From Halanaeroarchaeum sp. (GTDB taxonomy: Archaea; Halobacteriota; Halobacteria; Halobacteriales; Halobacteriaceae), in assembly GCA_042216045.1 (NCBI GenBank), contig JBDGUE010000034.1, forward strand, positions 92 to 64,091: DNA of 64,000 bases, given 5' to 3'. Shown here one piece after another: positions 38,977 through 48,380 of the stretch. The number at the start of each line of letters is the position of its first letter. The stretch's first letter is position 1. A program made the position numbers and the translations under genes. The notes below the pieces were generated by a model. It did no database searches. It saw only the letters and a program-made list of their open reading frames with translations, and was not told where the DNA came from.

Positions 38977-39170
38977 ACCGACGGTAAAAAATCCCCCGGA
39001 TACGAATAAGTGGCCGAAAGATACATCCGTCAGTATCACATCGTGGGAAAAATCTCAACGGATGACCTGATTACCGTCCCCGGGAAAGGGACACCTGGCG
39101 GGTGGTGATACCACCGGCCGTGCCTCTGACAGATCCCGACGACTCGTCGGGATTTTCGTCCGACCGGGGG

Positions 39171-40418
39171 TCACCTGGGGGAGTGTGTTCCCCACCGGTC
39201 GAGTGCCGTCGCGAGTTCCTCGTGGTCGGCCGCGTAGGTCTCCGGATCCACGCCCTGCAGCGAGGCGTCGACCGCCTGACGGAGGGCCCTGGCGCCGGCG
39301 GCGGTGCCGTCCGGATGACCGTGGACGCCTCCGCCCATCTGGACCATCACGTCGGTCCCCACCCGCTCCAGCAGGGGGTCGATGGTGCCGGGATGGAGTC
39401 CGCCCGAGGCGACCGGGAGGACGTCGTTTACGCCGTAGAGGTCCCCCCGAAGCCACTCGTTGATTCCGACGGTGTCCTCGTTCTCGAGTTTGCCCAGGTT
39501 GGCGGTTCCCGTGTGAATGTGATCGACGCCGACGAGGCGCGCGATCTGGGCGAGGACCCGCATCGCGACCCCGTGGTCGGCCACGCGGTCGAACGCGGCG
39601 TGCATCGCCCGGTGGGCGTGGATCGCGAGGCCCAGGTCCGCGGTGTGTTCCCGCACGGTCTGTACCGCGGCCCACCCGGCCGTGACGACGTCGACCATCA
39701 CGAAGTTACCGCCCTGTTCGGCGACCAGGTCCGCCCGGCGTTTCATCTCCTCGGCGTCCGCGGTGATGTTGACGAGGTAGTCCTTGCGTTCGCCGGTCTC
39801 CTCCTCCGCGCGGTCCCGCATCTCGAAGGAGCGTTTCACCCGCTCCTCGAACCGGTTGAAGGACTGATTGGTGAGGTTCTCGTCGTCCTTGAGGAGGTCG
39901 ACGCCACCGGTCCAGGCGCGATACCCGATCTCGGCGTGATCAGCCGTCGAGAGGCCGACCTTCGGCTTCGGCACGGTCGCAAGCGCTGGTCGCTCCGCGG
40001 CGTCGAGGAGCGCCGACTTGACCGTCGACCCGTACTGGGGACCCCGGAAGGTCTCCGTGAGGGCCTCGGGCCACTCGGTGTCCTGGAGACGGATGGCGTC
40101 GACGGCCTTCATCCCCAAAATGTTTCCCGCGATGCAGGACAGGACCTGGGCCATGTTGCCGCCCTCGAAGAGGTCCCGCGGGTAGGCGACCCGAATCTCC
40201 CCATCGTCGATATCGAAGGCCGTGGCGCTCAGGTCGGTGACGTCGTCGGCCACGGAGAGGGTCGCCCAGGTGCCATTCGAACTCTCTGAGGCCACGCGAC
40301 CGGCCGCGTCCACGACGTCCAGTCCCTCCGCGGGATCGATGGCGAACTCACAGATCAGCTCCGAGTCCGCCGGTTCGTAGTCGGTGTCGACGAAGTCCTC
40401 GTAGGATATCCCCGGCAT
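39171..40418 (-). CDS. rbcL: Form III ribulose-1,5-bisphosphate carboxylase large subunit
   Basis: ASESSNGTW, AGN, PKPKVGLS, GGVDLLKDDENL (carbamylation motif), HAHRAMH, HTGT..GKLE loop 6, SGG, GGGVHGHP; no small subunit nearby. Confidence 0.95.
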   Translation of the reverse strand: MPGISYEDFVDTDYEPADSELICEFAIDPAEGLDVVDAAGRVASESSNGTWATLSVADDVTDLSATAFDIDDGEIRVAYPRDLFEGGNMAQVLSCIAGNILGMKAVDAIRLQDTEWPEALTETFRGPQYGSTVKSALLDAAERPALATVPKPKVGLSTADHAEIGYRAWTGGVDLLKDDENLTNQSFNRFEERVKRSFEMRDRAEEETGERKDYLVNITADAEEMKRRADLVAEQGGNFVMVDVVTAGWAAVQTVREHTADLGLAIHAHRAMHAAFDRVADHGVAMRVLAQIARLVGVDHIHTGTANLGKLENEDTVGINEWLRGDLYGVNDVLPVASGGLHPGTIDPLLERVGTDVMVQMGGGVHGHPDGTAAGARALRQAVDASLQGVDPETYAADHEELATALDRWGTHSPR

Positions 40419-40476
40419 ACCGGGACGGTTCGACTGCCGCGGTGAAGAACGTTCGGGCGAACTGACACCGCCGAGC

Positions 40477-40530
40477 CGACGAGAGAAAGCGGCTGGACCG
40501 ACGTCGACGAGAGAAAGCGACAGGACCGAC
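40477..40530. repeat. 26-bp direct repeat (24/26 identical) between fbp and rbcL
   Basis: CGACGAGAGAAAGCGGCTGGACCGAC (40477-40502) and CGACGAGAGAAAGCGACAGGACCGAC (40505-40530). Confidence 0.85.
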
Positions 40531-41358
40531 CTAGAGTGCGTCCTCGAGTCGTGAGACGTACTCGCGGTTGCCCACGAAGACCGGCGTCCGCTGGTGGACG
40601 GCCTCGATCTCCACGTCCAGGAGGGATTGCTCGCCGTCGGAGGAGGCGCCACCAGCCGCCTCGACGATGGCAGCGACGGGTGCACCCTCGAAGAGCGCGC
40701 GCAATTTCCCCTCGGGGCGGTCCTGGAGCATCGGATACCCGAACAGGCCACCGTAGGAGAGGACCTGGCTGACGTCCGCGATCATCGCGCCCCCGTACCG
40801 GAGCTTCAACTCCTCGGAGACGGTCGCGACGTAGTCCTCGACGGCGGCGGGCCAGTGCTGTCGACGGCCACCCATCCCGTAGACCGTTGGATCCTCGGGG
40901 AGGGAGACAGCGCCGACGTCGTGACGACCGTCGTCGATCACGGACTCGGTGACGGCACCGTCCCTGGCGACGATCATCGTGGTGATCGGTCCGTAGAGGA
41001 CGAACGCGGCGGCCACCAGGGACGCTCCGCTCGTGGGCAACGAGTCGCCGTAGATGCCGACGATGGTGCCCATCGGGTTGTTCGACTCGAGGTTCGAGGA
41101 GCCGTCGAGCGGATCGACGGCCACGAGGACGCCGTCGCCGACGTCGACCGGGTCGCCCCGTTCCTCGCTGGCGTAGGTGCCGACCCCCGGGAGGTCCCCG
41201 ATCCGATCGAGCAGGAGGTCGTCGGCCCAGACGTCGGCCGCCAGTTGGCGCTCGCCGCTCGCGTTCGTCGCGGCGAGTCGAGTCCGCCGCCCCGGCAGGC
41301 CGGCCCGGATCTCCGGTGCGGTCTCCACGAGGACGTCGAGAACTGCGTCGACGGTCAT
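40531..41358 (-). CDS. fbp: Fructose-1,6-bisphosphatase class 1
   Basis: NASGERQ...D, YASEE, DPLDGSSN, LRYGGAMIADV, GKLRALFE. Confidence 0.95.
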   Translation of the reverse strand: MTVDAVLDVLVETAPEIRAGLPGRRTRLAATNASGERQLAADVWADDLLLDRIGDLPGVGTYASEERGDPVDVGDGVLVAVDPLDGSSNLESNNPMGTIVGIYGDSLPTSGASLVAAAFVLYGPITTMIVARDGAVTESVIDDGRHDVGAVSLPEDPTVYGMGGRRQHWPAAVEDYVATVSEELKLRYGGAMIADVSQVLSYGGLFGYPMLQDRPEGKLRALFEGAPVAAIVEAAGGASSDGEQSLLDVEIEAVHQRTPVFVGNREYVSRLEDAL

Positions 41359-42149
41359 TCGAGTTCCGTGAGGGCGGTCTCGACGCTCGCGTCCTCGAAG
41401 ATGAGCGCCTGGAGGGCGTCGAGCATCGCGCGGGGGTTCTCGCGCTGCCAGACGTTCCGGCCGACGGCCAGACCGGCGCCGCCCGCCTCGAGAACCGCCT
41501 CGACGCTCTCGAGGAAGGACCGATCGTCGGTCTTCGATCCACCGCTCATCACGACGCTCACCGGGCCCGCCGCGTCGACGGCCCACTCCATGGCCGCGGG
41601 AGTGCCCGGGTACTTGATCTTGGCCACGTCGGCGCCGAGTTCCAGGGCGAGTCGCGACCCGTACGCGATGATCTCCTCGCTGGTGTCGTTTTTCACGCCC
41701 TGACCGCGGGGGTAGGACCACATGACGACCGGGAGGTCGTACTCGCGGGCGGCCTCCTGGACCTCGCGGAACTCCTCTGCCATGTCGATCTCGTTGTTCG
41801 ACCCGCCGTAGAGCGTGTAGCCGATCGCCTCGGCACCCATCTCCGCCGCGTACTCGACGCTCCAGTTCACCGCGCTGTCGTACTCGCCCATCCAGAGGTT
41901 GGAGGTCCCGTTGACCTTCGCCAGGAGGGACACGTCGTCGGCGTAGGAGGGATAGTAGGACTCGGCGACCCCCTTCTGGACGGCCAGGGCGGTCACGGCG
42001 TCGTGGGTCGCGACGTCCCAGATCGTGCCCGGATCCATCGTCTCCGGGACCGCCTCGAAGTCGGTCGGACCGTGTTCGAGGCCGTGATCGTAGGCGAGGA
42101 TCAGGATGCGACCGTCGCGGGCGAGCGGTGAGTCCCCGAGTGGGAGCAT
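41355..42149 (-). CDS. fba: Class I (DhnA-type) fructose-bisphosphate aldolase
   Basis: LAYDHGLEHGP, WSYPRG, ELGADVAKIKY, MSGG, AVGRNVWQ. Confidence 0.95.
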   Translation of the reverse strand: MLPLGDSPLARDGRILILAYDHGLEHGPTDFEAVPETMDPGTIWDVATHDAVTALAVQKGVAESYYPSYADDVSLLAKVNGTSNLWMGEYDSAVNWSVEYAAEMGAEAIGYTLYGGSNNEIDMAEEFREVQEAAREYDLPVVMWSYPRGQGVKNDTSEEIIAYGSRLALELGADVAKIKYPGTPAAMEWAVDAAGPVSVVMSGGSKTDDRSFLESVEAVLEAGGAGLAVGRNVWQRENPRAMLDALQALIFEDASVETALTELE

Positions 42150-42170
42150 ACACGAGGGCAGGACGGGACT

Positions 42171-42179
42171 GCATAATAA
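42171..42179 (-). promoter_or_regulatory. Putative TATA box of fba-fbp
   Basis: TTATTATGC on the minus strand, 22-30 nt upstream of the fba ATG. Confidence 0.55.
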
Positions 42180-42228
42180 TGTAACTGAACGTCTTATTAA
42201 CTCGCGTGACAGTGAATTTCTGCGGCGA

Positions 42229-42849
42229 TCACTCGAGCGATCGGGCGGCCTCGTGCCAGGTGCGCACCGTCTCGACGTCGACGTCCAGCGAGTCGGCGAC
42301 CCGCTCTGGACTCGCGGTGGCGAGACTCCGGACGGAGGTGATGCCGGCCTCGGCGAGCAGCGACGCCGCCTCGGCGTCGACGGGTTCCAGGTCCGTCACC
42401 GGCGTGGGCGCACTCGCCTCCCGCCAGGCGGTCTCCGCCGTCTGCTCTCCCGCGTCGTCGTCCGTCCCTGGCCAGGAGTGATCCTGCCAGGCGGCCTCCC
42501 CCTCGTCTCCGGCCCCGGCACCGTTCTCTCTGCCGGTCTCGGTGCTCTCAGCGGACCATCCCTCCGAACTCGCCGCCACCCAGGCCCGCTCCTCGTCCTT
42601 GAGACCGCGGACCTGCTCCGCACGACGGTCCAGGTCCTCGCCGCCGTCGAGGGACCAGGCGAGCGAGTGCTCACGCCGTATCTTCGCCGCGACGCCGGCG
42701 TTGACCCCCGCCTCCAGGAGCTGAGCGTGCGAGACACGACGCTCGACGACGTCCACGGGGTCGATGCCCCGGTCCTCCAGGACGGCGGCGGTGGCCGGGC
42801 CCACGAACCGCAGGTCCTCGAGGTCCCCGGGCGAGGTGCCGGATGTCAC
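42229..42849 (-). CDS. Helix-hairpin-helix domain protein (haloarchaeal hypothetical)
   Basis: [34 protein letters not shown]-terminal [13 protein letters not shown]; start uncertain. Confidence 0.72.
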   Translation of the reverse strand: MTSGTSPGDLEDLRFVGPATAAVLEDRGIDPVDVVERRVSHAQLLEAGVNAGVAAKIRREHSLAWSLDGGEDLDRRAEQVRGLKDEERAWVAASSEGWSAESTETGRENGAGAGDEGEAAWQDHSWPGTDDDAGEQTAETAWREASAPTPVTDLEPVDAEAASLLAEAGITSVRSLATASPERVADSLDVDVETVRTWHEAARSLE

Positions 42850-43049
42850 CGTATGGGTGGATGCGTCGGGAGGGGCTTGAGTGTTTCCCGCAGGGGCCAC
42901 GAACGGACGACGTCGTCGGTCGGGAGAGCGAACGAGAGGGGACAGACCGACCCCAGCTCCGAGATGGGGTGACGGTCCGGTCGTCGCGTCGAACCCGCCC
43001 CGTCGCCGAGAGAGGAAGGCTAAAGGGAGGTCAATCGGAGGTGGATAGT

Positions 43050-44192
43050 ATGGACCTCAGTCTCAGCGCGGAGCAGCGTCAGATCAGGGACATGGTGACG
43101 GAGTTCGTGGACGAGGAGGTCGTCCCGGTGGCCGACGAGATCGACGAGAGCGACGAGGTCCCCTGGGACCTCATCGACCAGATGGGCGACCTCGGACTCA
43201 TGGGAATGCCCTTCCCCGAGGAGTACGACGGTGCCGGCCTCGACTACCACGCCTACGCGATCGCGCTGGCGGAGATCGCCCGCGGAAGCGGCGGCCTCGG
43301 GACCATCGTGGCGGCACACACCAGTCTCGCTGGCAACATGCTGTACGAGTACGGCGACGAGGAGCAGAGGGAGGCCTACCTGGCCCCGCTCAACCGCGGG
43401 GACGACGTCGGTGCCTTCGCCCTCTCCGAGGCCGAGGCGGGTTCGGACGTCCCCTCGATGACGACGACCGCCGAGCGCGAGGGCGACGAGTACGTCATCG
43501 ACGGCGGCAAACTCTGGATCTCGAACGGATCGGTCGCCGACACCGTCACGTTGTTCGCGAAGACAGACCCGGACGCGGGTCACCGCGGCATCTCGTCGTT
43601 CGTGGTCCGTCCCGAGGAGGACGACGGGTTCATCGTCGAGAACACCGAGCACAAACTCGGCGACAAGGGGTGTCCGACGGCCGAACTCCGCTTTGCGGAC
43701 CTGCGGGTGCCCGCCGACCGCCGCCTTGGCGAGGAGGGCGACGGCTTCTATCAGGCCCTCGAGACGCTCAACGCCGGTCGCATCACGATCGCGGCCCGGA
43801 GCGTCGGGATCGCCGAGGCCGCGAGGGACGCGGCCCTCGAGTACGCCCAGGAGCGAGAGCAGTTCGGCCAGGCCATCGGGGAGTTCCAGGCCATCCAGCA
43901 CAAACTCGCGGACATGGACACCAAGGTCCAGACCGCCCGCCTGCTCATGCACCAGGCGGCCCACAAGAAGATCGAGGGCGAGAAGTTCGTAAAGGAGGCC
44001 GCCCAGGCCAAACTCCACGCCTCCGAGGTCAGCCGCGAGGTGGCCAACGAGGCCATCCAGGTCCACGGCGGGTACGGCTACACGAAGGACTTCCCCGTCG
44101 AGCGGTACTACCGCGACGCCAAACTCAACGAGATCTACGAGGGGACGAGCGAGGTCTTGCGCAATACGATCGCGAACGAACTCCTCGACTGA
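43050..44192 (+). CDS. Acyl-CoA dehydrogenase (short/branched-chain type)
   Basis: [51 protein letters not shown]. Confidence 0.95.
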   Translation: MDLSLSAEQRQIRDMVTEFVDEEVVPVADEIDESDEVPWDLIDQMGDLGLMGMPFPEEYDGAGLDYHAYAIALAEIARGSGGLGTIVAAHTSLAGNMLYEYGDEEQREAYLAPLNRGDDVGAFALSEAEAGSDVPSMTTTAEREGDEYVIDGGKLWISNGSVADTVTLFAKTDPDAGHRGISSFVVRPEEDDGFIVENTEHKLGDKGCPTAELRFADLRVPADRRLGEEGDGFYQALETLNAGRITIAARSVGIAEAARDAALEYAQEREQFGQAIGEFQAIQHKLADMDTKVQTARLLMHQAAHKKIEGEKFVKEAAQAKLHASEVSREVANEAIQVHGGYGYTKDFPVERYYRDAKLNEIYEGTSEVLRNTIANELLD

Positions 44193-44254
44193 ACTCCTTC
44201 GATTTCCGAGGATTTTTCGTACGGCTTTTACCGATTCTCGTCCTACCAACCTAC

Positions 44255-45421
44255 ATGGACCCCGTCAGAATCGCCGGCGTGGGACTCACCCACTTCGGAG
44301 AACACCCCGAACGAACCAGTCGCGACCTCTTCGCCGAGGCGGGACTCGCCGCTCTCGAGGACAGCGGCGTCGACCCCGACGACGTCGCCGCCGTCTTCTA
44401 CGGCAACTTCATGGGCGAACTCGCGGAACACCAGGGCCACATGGGCCCGCTGGCGGCCGAGGCCCTGGGCATCGACGCCCCCGCGACGCGGTACGAGAGC
44501 GCGTGTGCGTCGAGCGGCGTCGCCGTTCGCGAGGCGGTGAAGAACGTCCGATCGGGTGAGAGCGACGTCGTCCTGGTCGGTGGGGCAGAGCGCATGAACA
44601 ACCTCGAGACCGCAGAGACGACCGAGTCGCTCGCCATCGCCGCCGACGACCTCTACGAGGTGCGGGCCGGGATGACCTTCCCCGGGGCGTACGGACTGAT
44701 GGCGGACGCCTACTTCGACGAGTACGGCGGCGATCGCGAGGACCTCGCGCACGTCGCCGCGAAGAACCACGAGAACGCGGTGGGCAACGAGTACGCGCAG
44801 TTCCAGTACGAGATCGACGTCGAGGACGCACTCGACGCTCCGCCCGTCGCGGAACCGCTCCACCTCTACGACGCCTGTCCCATCACCGACGGCGCGGCGG
44901 CGATCGTGATGGTGAGCGAGGAGTACGCCGCGGACCACGACCTCGACGCCCCGGTCTCGGTCGTCGGCACCGGCCAGGGCAGCGACAAGATGGCCCTCCA
45001 GGATCGGACCACGATGACCCAGACGCCGGCCGCCGCGGACGCCGCGTCGGAGGCCTTCGGGGAGGCCGACGTCGACCCCGCGGACGTCGGGGCCGCGGAG
45101 GTCCACGACTGCTTCACCATCGCGGAGGTGCTCGCCCTCGAGGCCCTCGACCTCTTCGAGGAGGGCGAGGCCATCACGGCCGCCCGCGAGGGGACGACGC
45201 GGGCGGACGGCGACCTCCCGGTGAACCTCTCCGGCGGCCTCAAGGCCAAGGGCCACCCGGTCGGCGCGACGGGCGCCGCCCAGGTCGTCGAGATGACCCG
45301 CCTGCTCCGCGGCGATCACCACAACAGCGAGCACGTCGCGGACGAGACCGTCGGCGTCACCCACAACGCGGGCGGGACCGTCGCGAGTACCGTCGTCCAC
45401 GTCCTGGAGGTGGACCGATGA
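44255..45421 (+). CDS. Archaeal/SCP2-type thiolase
   Basis: ESACASS, CPITDGAAA, EVHDCFT, NLSGGLKAKGHPVGATG, HNAGG. Confidence 0.93.
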   Translation: MDPVRIAGVGLTHFGEHPERTSRDLFAEAGLAALEDSGVDPDDVAAVFYGNFMGELAEHQGHMGPLAAEALGIDAPATRYESACASSGVAVREAVKNVRSGESDVVLVGGAERMNNLETAETTESLAIAADDLYEVRAGMTFPGAYGLMADAYFDEYGGDREDLAHVAAKNHENAVGNEYAQFQYEIDVEDALDAPPVAEPLHLYDACPITDGAAAIVMVSEEYAADHDLDAPVSVVGTGQGSDKMALQDRTTMTQTPAAADAASEAFGEADVDPADVGAAEVHDCFTIAEVLALEALDLFEEGEAITAAREGTTRADGDLPVNLSGGLKAKGHPVGATGAAQVVEMTRLLRGDHHNSEHVADETVGVTHNAGGTVASTVVHVLEVDR

Positions 45422-45801
45422 GCGACGTTCGCGACGCCGGATACGACGACTTCCTCGACGCCCTCGCGGAGGGCGAGGGGTACTACCTCCGGTGTCCGGC
45501 GGGGCACGGATCGCTCCCACCGCGCCGGGCCTGCCCGCACTGTGGGGATACCGACCTCGAGGAGGTCCCCCTCCCCGAGACGGGGACGGTGGTCGCACAC
45601 ACGGTCGTGCACGTCCCGACGCCCCGATTCGTCGAGGACGCCCCCTACGTGACCGCCATCGCGGACTTCGGGGACGTGCGACTCACCGGCCAACTCCTCG
45701 ACGCCGACCCGTCCAGGGAGATCGACGGGATCGACGTCAGTCCGGACGTCGGTCGGACCGAGACCGCCGACGACCGACTAGTCGTCTTCGAGACGCGGTA
45801 G
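45418..45801 (+). CDS. DUF35 Zn-ribbon/OB-fold thiolase partner
   Basis: C..GH..LPPRRACPHCG, GTVVAHTVVH, PYVTAI; start overlaps thiolase stop. Confidence 0.9.
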   Translation: MSDVRDAGYDDFLDALAEGEGYYLRCPAGHGSLPPRRACPHCGDTDLEEVPLPETGTVVAHTVVHVPTPRFVEDAPYVTAIADFGDVRLTGQLLDADPSREIDGIDVSPDVGRTETADDRLVVFETR

Positions 45802-46713
45802 GGCCGCCGCGATCGCCGAGAGGAAGGCGTTCGGTCGTTCGTCGTGGGGGAGCAGGGCCGTGCGATCGATCGCGACGAGGTCCGCGTCGACGGTCGCCGC
45901 CAGGTCTCGGCCGACCGAGAGCGGTGGGCGGGTCGCCTCCCGTCCCCACGCGATCGTGACGGGGCCGGTGTACGCGGCGAGCGATTCCTCGAGTGGTTCG
46001 GTCGGCGTCAGGTACCCGCCCACGAAGGAGGCGGGAGCGAAGCGTGCGTTCTTCGCGTGGGCGGTTCGATGCTGTGTGTCGACGATCGCGTCGTCCACGG
46101 CGGCCGAATCGAAGTAGGCCATCGACCGGTCGAAGTATCGAAGCGAGGGCCGGGAGACGAGGAGGTTGAAGAGGCCCTGACCCACCACCGGTGCGCGGAA
46201 CAGTTCGCGGAGCGCGAGGCTTCTAGGCCCCGTCTCGTCGGTGGGGACGACGAGCACCACAGAACTGTCCGGGACGTCGCGAGCGGCGACCGCGACGAGC
46301 GACCCACTCAGCGAACTGGCGATCACGACCGGCGACGAGGGGACGGCAGCGAGGAACTCCCGGAGCAGCGCCTCGTACAGGGCCCCCGTGTACCGTATCG
46401 GGGGTCGGTCCGACCCGCCGAAGCCGAGGAGGTCGATCGCGATCACGTGGTGGCGGGCCGCCAGCGCGTGAAACACGCCCGCGAACTCGCGACTCGACGC
46501 CGCAGCGTGCAGGCCGTGAACGAGGACCACGTCGGGGTGGCTGGGGTCGCCCGCCGTCGTGTAGGCGACGTCGAAGTCCCGCCACCGATAGGTCCGCTGA
46601 GTTCCGGAGAGGGCCGGCCCCACCGGGGACGACCGTTCGGCGACGACCCGATTGCCGACCGCCGTGGCGACGAGTCCGCCGGCGAGACCCAGTCCGAGGG
46701 AACGGAGGCGCAT
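45778..46713 (-). CDS. Alpha/beta-fold hydrolase
   Basis: LVHG, DLLGFGGSDRP, nucleophile elbow ASSLSG, WG, LLPHDERP; hydrophobic N-terminus. Confidence 0.87.
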   Translation of the reverse strand: MRLRSLGLGLAGGLVATAVGNRVVAERSSPVGPALSGTQRTYRWRDFDVAYTTAGDPSHPDVVLVHGLHAAASSREFAGVFHALAARHHVIAIDLLGFGGSDRPPIRYTGALYEALLREFLAAVPSSPVVIASSLSGSLVAVAARDVPDSSVVLVVPTDETGPRSLALRELFRAPVVGQGLFNLLVSRPSLRYFDRSMAYFDSAAVDDAIVDTQHRTAHAKNARFAPASFVGGYLTPTEPLEESLAAYTGPVTIAWGREATRPPLSVGRDLAATVDADLVAIDRTALLPHDERPNAFLSAIAAALPRLEDD

Positions 46714-46788
46714 AGCCGAGATACGGCGGGCGGCCGTTTAGCCGTTGTGTCGTGGCGGACAGTTTGGCGCGACGTCGAGCGGTCGTGC

Positions 46789-46827
46789 GACTCGATACCG
46801 GGCGGACAAGAGACTCGATACCGGGCG
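46789..46827. repeat. 16-bp perfect direct repeat between meaB and the hydrolase gene
   Basis: GACTCGATACCGGGCG at 46789-46804 and 46812-46827. Confidence 0.8.
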
Positions 46828-46849
46828 AACGGGGCCCAGTGTCGTGCGG

Positions 46850-47827
46850 TCAGGCGTCGCGGTCGACGCAGTCCGCGAGGGGCGAGACCAGGTCCGCTGC
46901 GATCTCGTACGGATCGGTCTCGTTTGCCTCGACCGCGTCGACGAGCGTCTCCATCCCCCCAGCGGCCGCGATCTCCTCTTCCATCAGCGCCGCCACGTCG
47001 TCGCGGACCAGCGTCCTGATGTCGGCGGCGTATCGCTCGCGGTGCATCTTTTCGAGTCGCCCGGTCCGCGAGAGCCAGTCGGCGTGCTCGTCGAAGACCT
47101 CGAGGAGGTCCTCGAGGCCCGTGCCGTCGGTCGCGACGGTCTCGACGATCTCCGGTTCCCAGTCGCCCTCCTCGCGGTCGCGCATGTCGAGCATCTGCCG
47201 GAGTTCCTGTACCGTCTTGTCGGCACCCGCCAGGTCGGCCTTGTTGACGACGAAGACGTCCCCGATCTCGAGGATGCCCGCCTTGAGCATCTGGACGTCG
47301 TCGCCGCTGGCCGGTGGCACGAGGACGGCGACGGTGTCCGCAGTCCGGACCACGTCCACCTCGTTCTGTCCCGCGCCGACGGTCTCGACGACGATGACGT
47401 CCTTGCCGAAGGCGTCGAGGGCCTTGATCGCGTCCGAGGTGGCACTCGAGAGGCCGCCGAGGTTCCCCCGGGCGCTCATCGACCGAAAGAAGACGTCCAT
47501 GTCGCCGGCCGTGGCGGCCATCCGGATGCGATCGCCCAGGACCGCACCGCCGGAGTACGGCGAGGAGGGGTCGACCGCGATGACGCCGACCGTCTGGCCC
47601 CGGTCCCGGTACCGCTTCGCCAGTTTGTCGACGAGGGTCGACTTTCCCGCGCCGGGGCTCCCGGTGACGCCCACGATGTCCGCGGTGCCGGCGTGTCGAT
47701 AGAGCGCGGAGACGAGATCGCGATACCCGGGGGACCGGTTCTCGATCGTCGTTATCGCCCGGGCCAGGGCGGCGTGATCGCCGTCGAGCAGATCGGCGAC
47801 GAGGTCGTCGCTCGCTGTCCGAGACAT
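46850..47827 (-). CDS. meaB: Acyl-CoA mutase-associated GTPase
   Basis: LARAIT..EN, GSPGAGKST, AVDPSSP.SGGA.LGDRIRM, ETVGAGQ, KAGILE, VNKAD. Confidence 0.95.
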   Translation of the reverse strand: MSRTASDDLVADLLDGDHAALARAITTIENRSPGYRDLVSALYRHAGTADIVGVTGSPGAGKSTLVDKLAKRYRDRGQTVGVIAVDPSSPYSGGAVLGDRIRMAATAGDMDVFFRSMSARGNLGGLSSATSDAIKALDAFGKDVIVVETVGAGQNEVDVVRTADTVAVLVPPASGDDVQMLKAGILEIGDVFVVNKADLAGADKTVQELRQMLDMRDREEGDWEPEIVETVATDGTGLEDLLEVFDEHADWLSRTGRLEKMHRERYAADIRTLVRDDVAALMEEEIAAAGGMETLVDAVEANETDPYEIAADLVSPLADCVDRDA

Positions 47828-47828
47828 C

Positions 47829-48242
47829 TTATCGATCGACGTTCTCGCGCACGAAGGAGATGGTCTCCTCCATGGGGGTCCCCGGGCCGAAGATGGCGTC
47901 CACGCCCGCCGCCTTCAGGTCGTCGCGGTCCTCGTCCGGGATGATGCCCCCGACCAGGACGAGGGTGTCCTCGGCGACGCCGTACTCCTCGAGACCCTCG
48001 ATGACCTTCGGGACCAGGGCGTTGTGTGCGCCCGAGAGGATCGAGATGCCGAGTACGTCCACGTCCTCCTGGACGACCGCCTGCACGATCTCCTCGGGGG
48101 CCTTGTGCAGACCGGAGTAGATGACCTCGAAGCCGGCGTCCCTGAACGCCCGGGAGATGACGTGGGCACCGCGGTCGTGGCCGTCGAGTCCGACCTTGGC
48201 GACGAGGGTCCGGATCTTGCGTTCGGTCTGGGTCTCGCTCAT
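47829..48242 (-). CDS. Acyl-CoA mutase small (cobalamin-binding) subunit
   Basis: AKVGLDGHDRG (DxHxxG), SILSGAH, GGIIP, FGPGT. Confidence 0.95.
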   Translation of the reverse strand: MSETQTERKIRTLVAKVGLDGHDRGAHVISRAFRDAGFEVIYSGLHKAPEEIVQAVVQEDVDVLGISILSGAHNALVPKVIEGLEEYGVAEDTLVLVGGIIPDEDRDDLKAAGVDAIFGPGTPMEETISFVRENVDR

Positions 48243-48380
48243 GGGTGAACCTGGGTCGGACGGTACTTTCACTCTAACGGAAAACCATTACAATTAATTT
48301 GTGTTACTCCAAGCCTACTTTCACCAGGGACGGGACGAGGCGCAGGTGGGTATTTGTGTGAGGGAGTCCACTGTCCCCGT

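Noticed and set aside
38977-39170. AT-rich gap as a replication origin or RNA gene
   Set aside because: No recognisable ORB elements or adjacent cdc6/orc and no tRNA fold; best explained as the promoter region of the HTH gene
39171-42149. A complete Calvin cycle operon
   Set aside because: No phosphoribulokinase, small subunit, transketolase or activase in the window; autotrophy cannot be claimed
44255-45801. Mevalonate-pathway thiolase/DUF35/HMG-CoA synthase complex
   Set aside because: No HMG-CoA synthase is adjacent; the acyl-CoA dehydrogenase context suggests catabolism, though a biosynthetic role is not excluded
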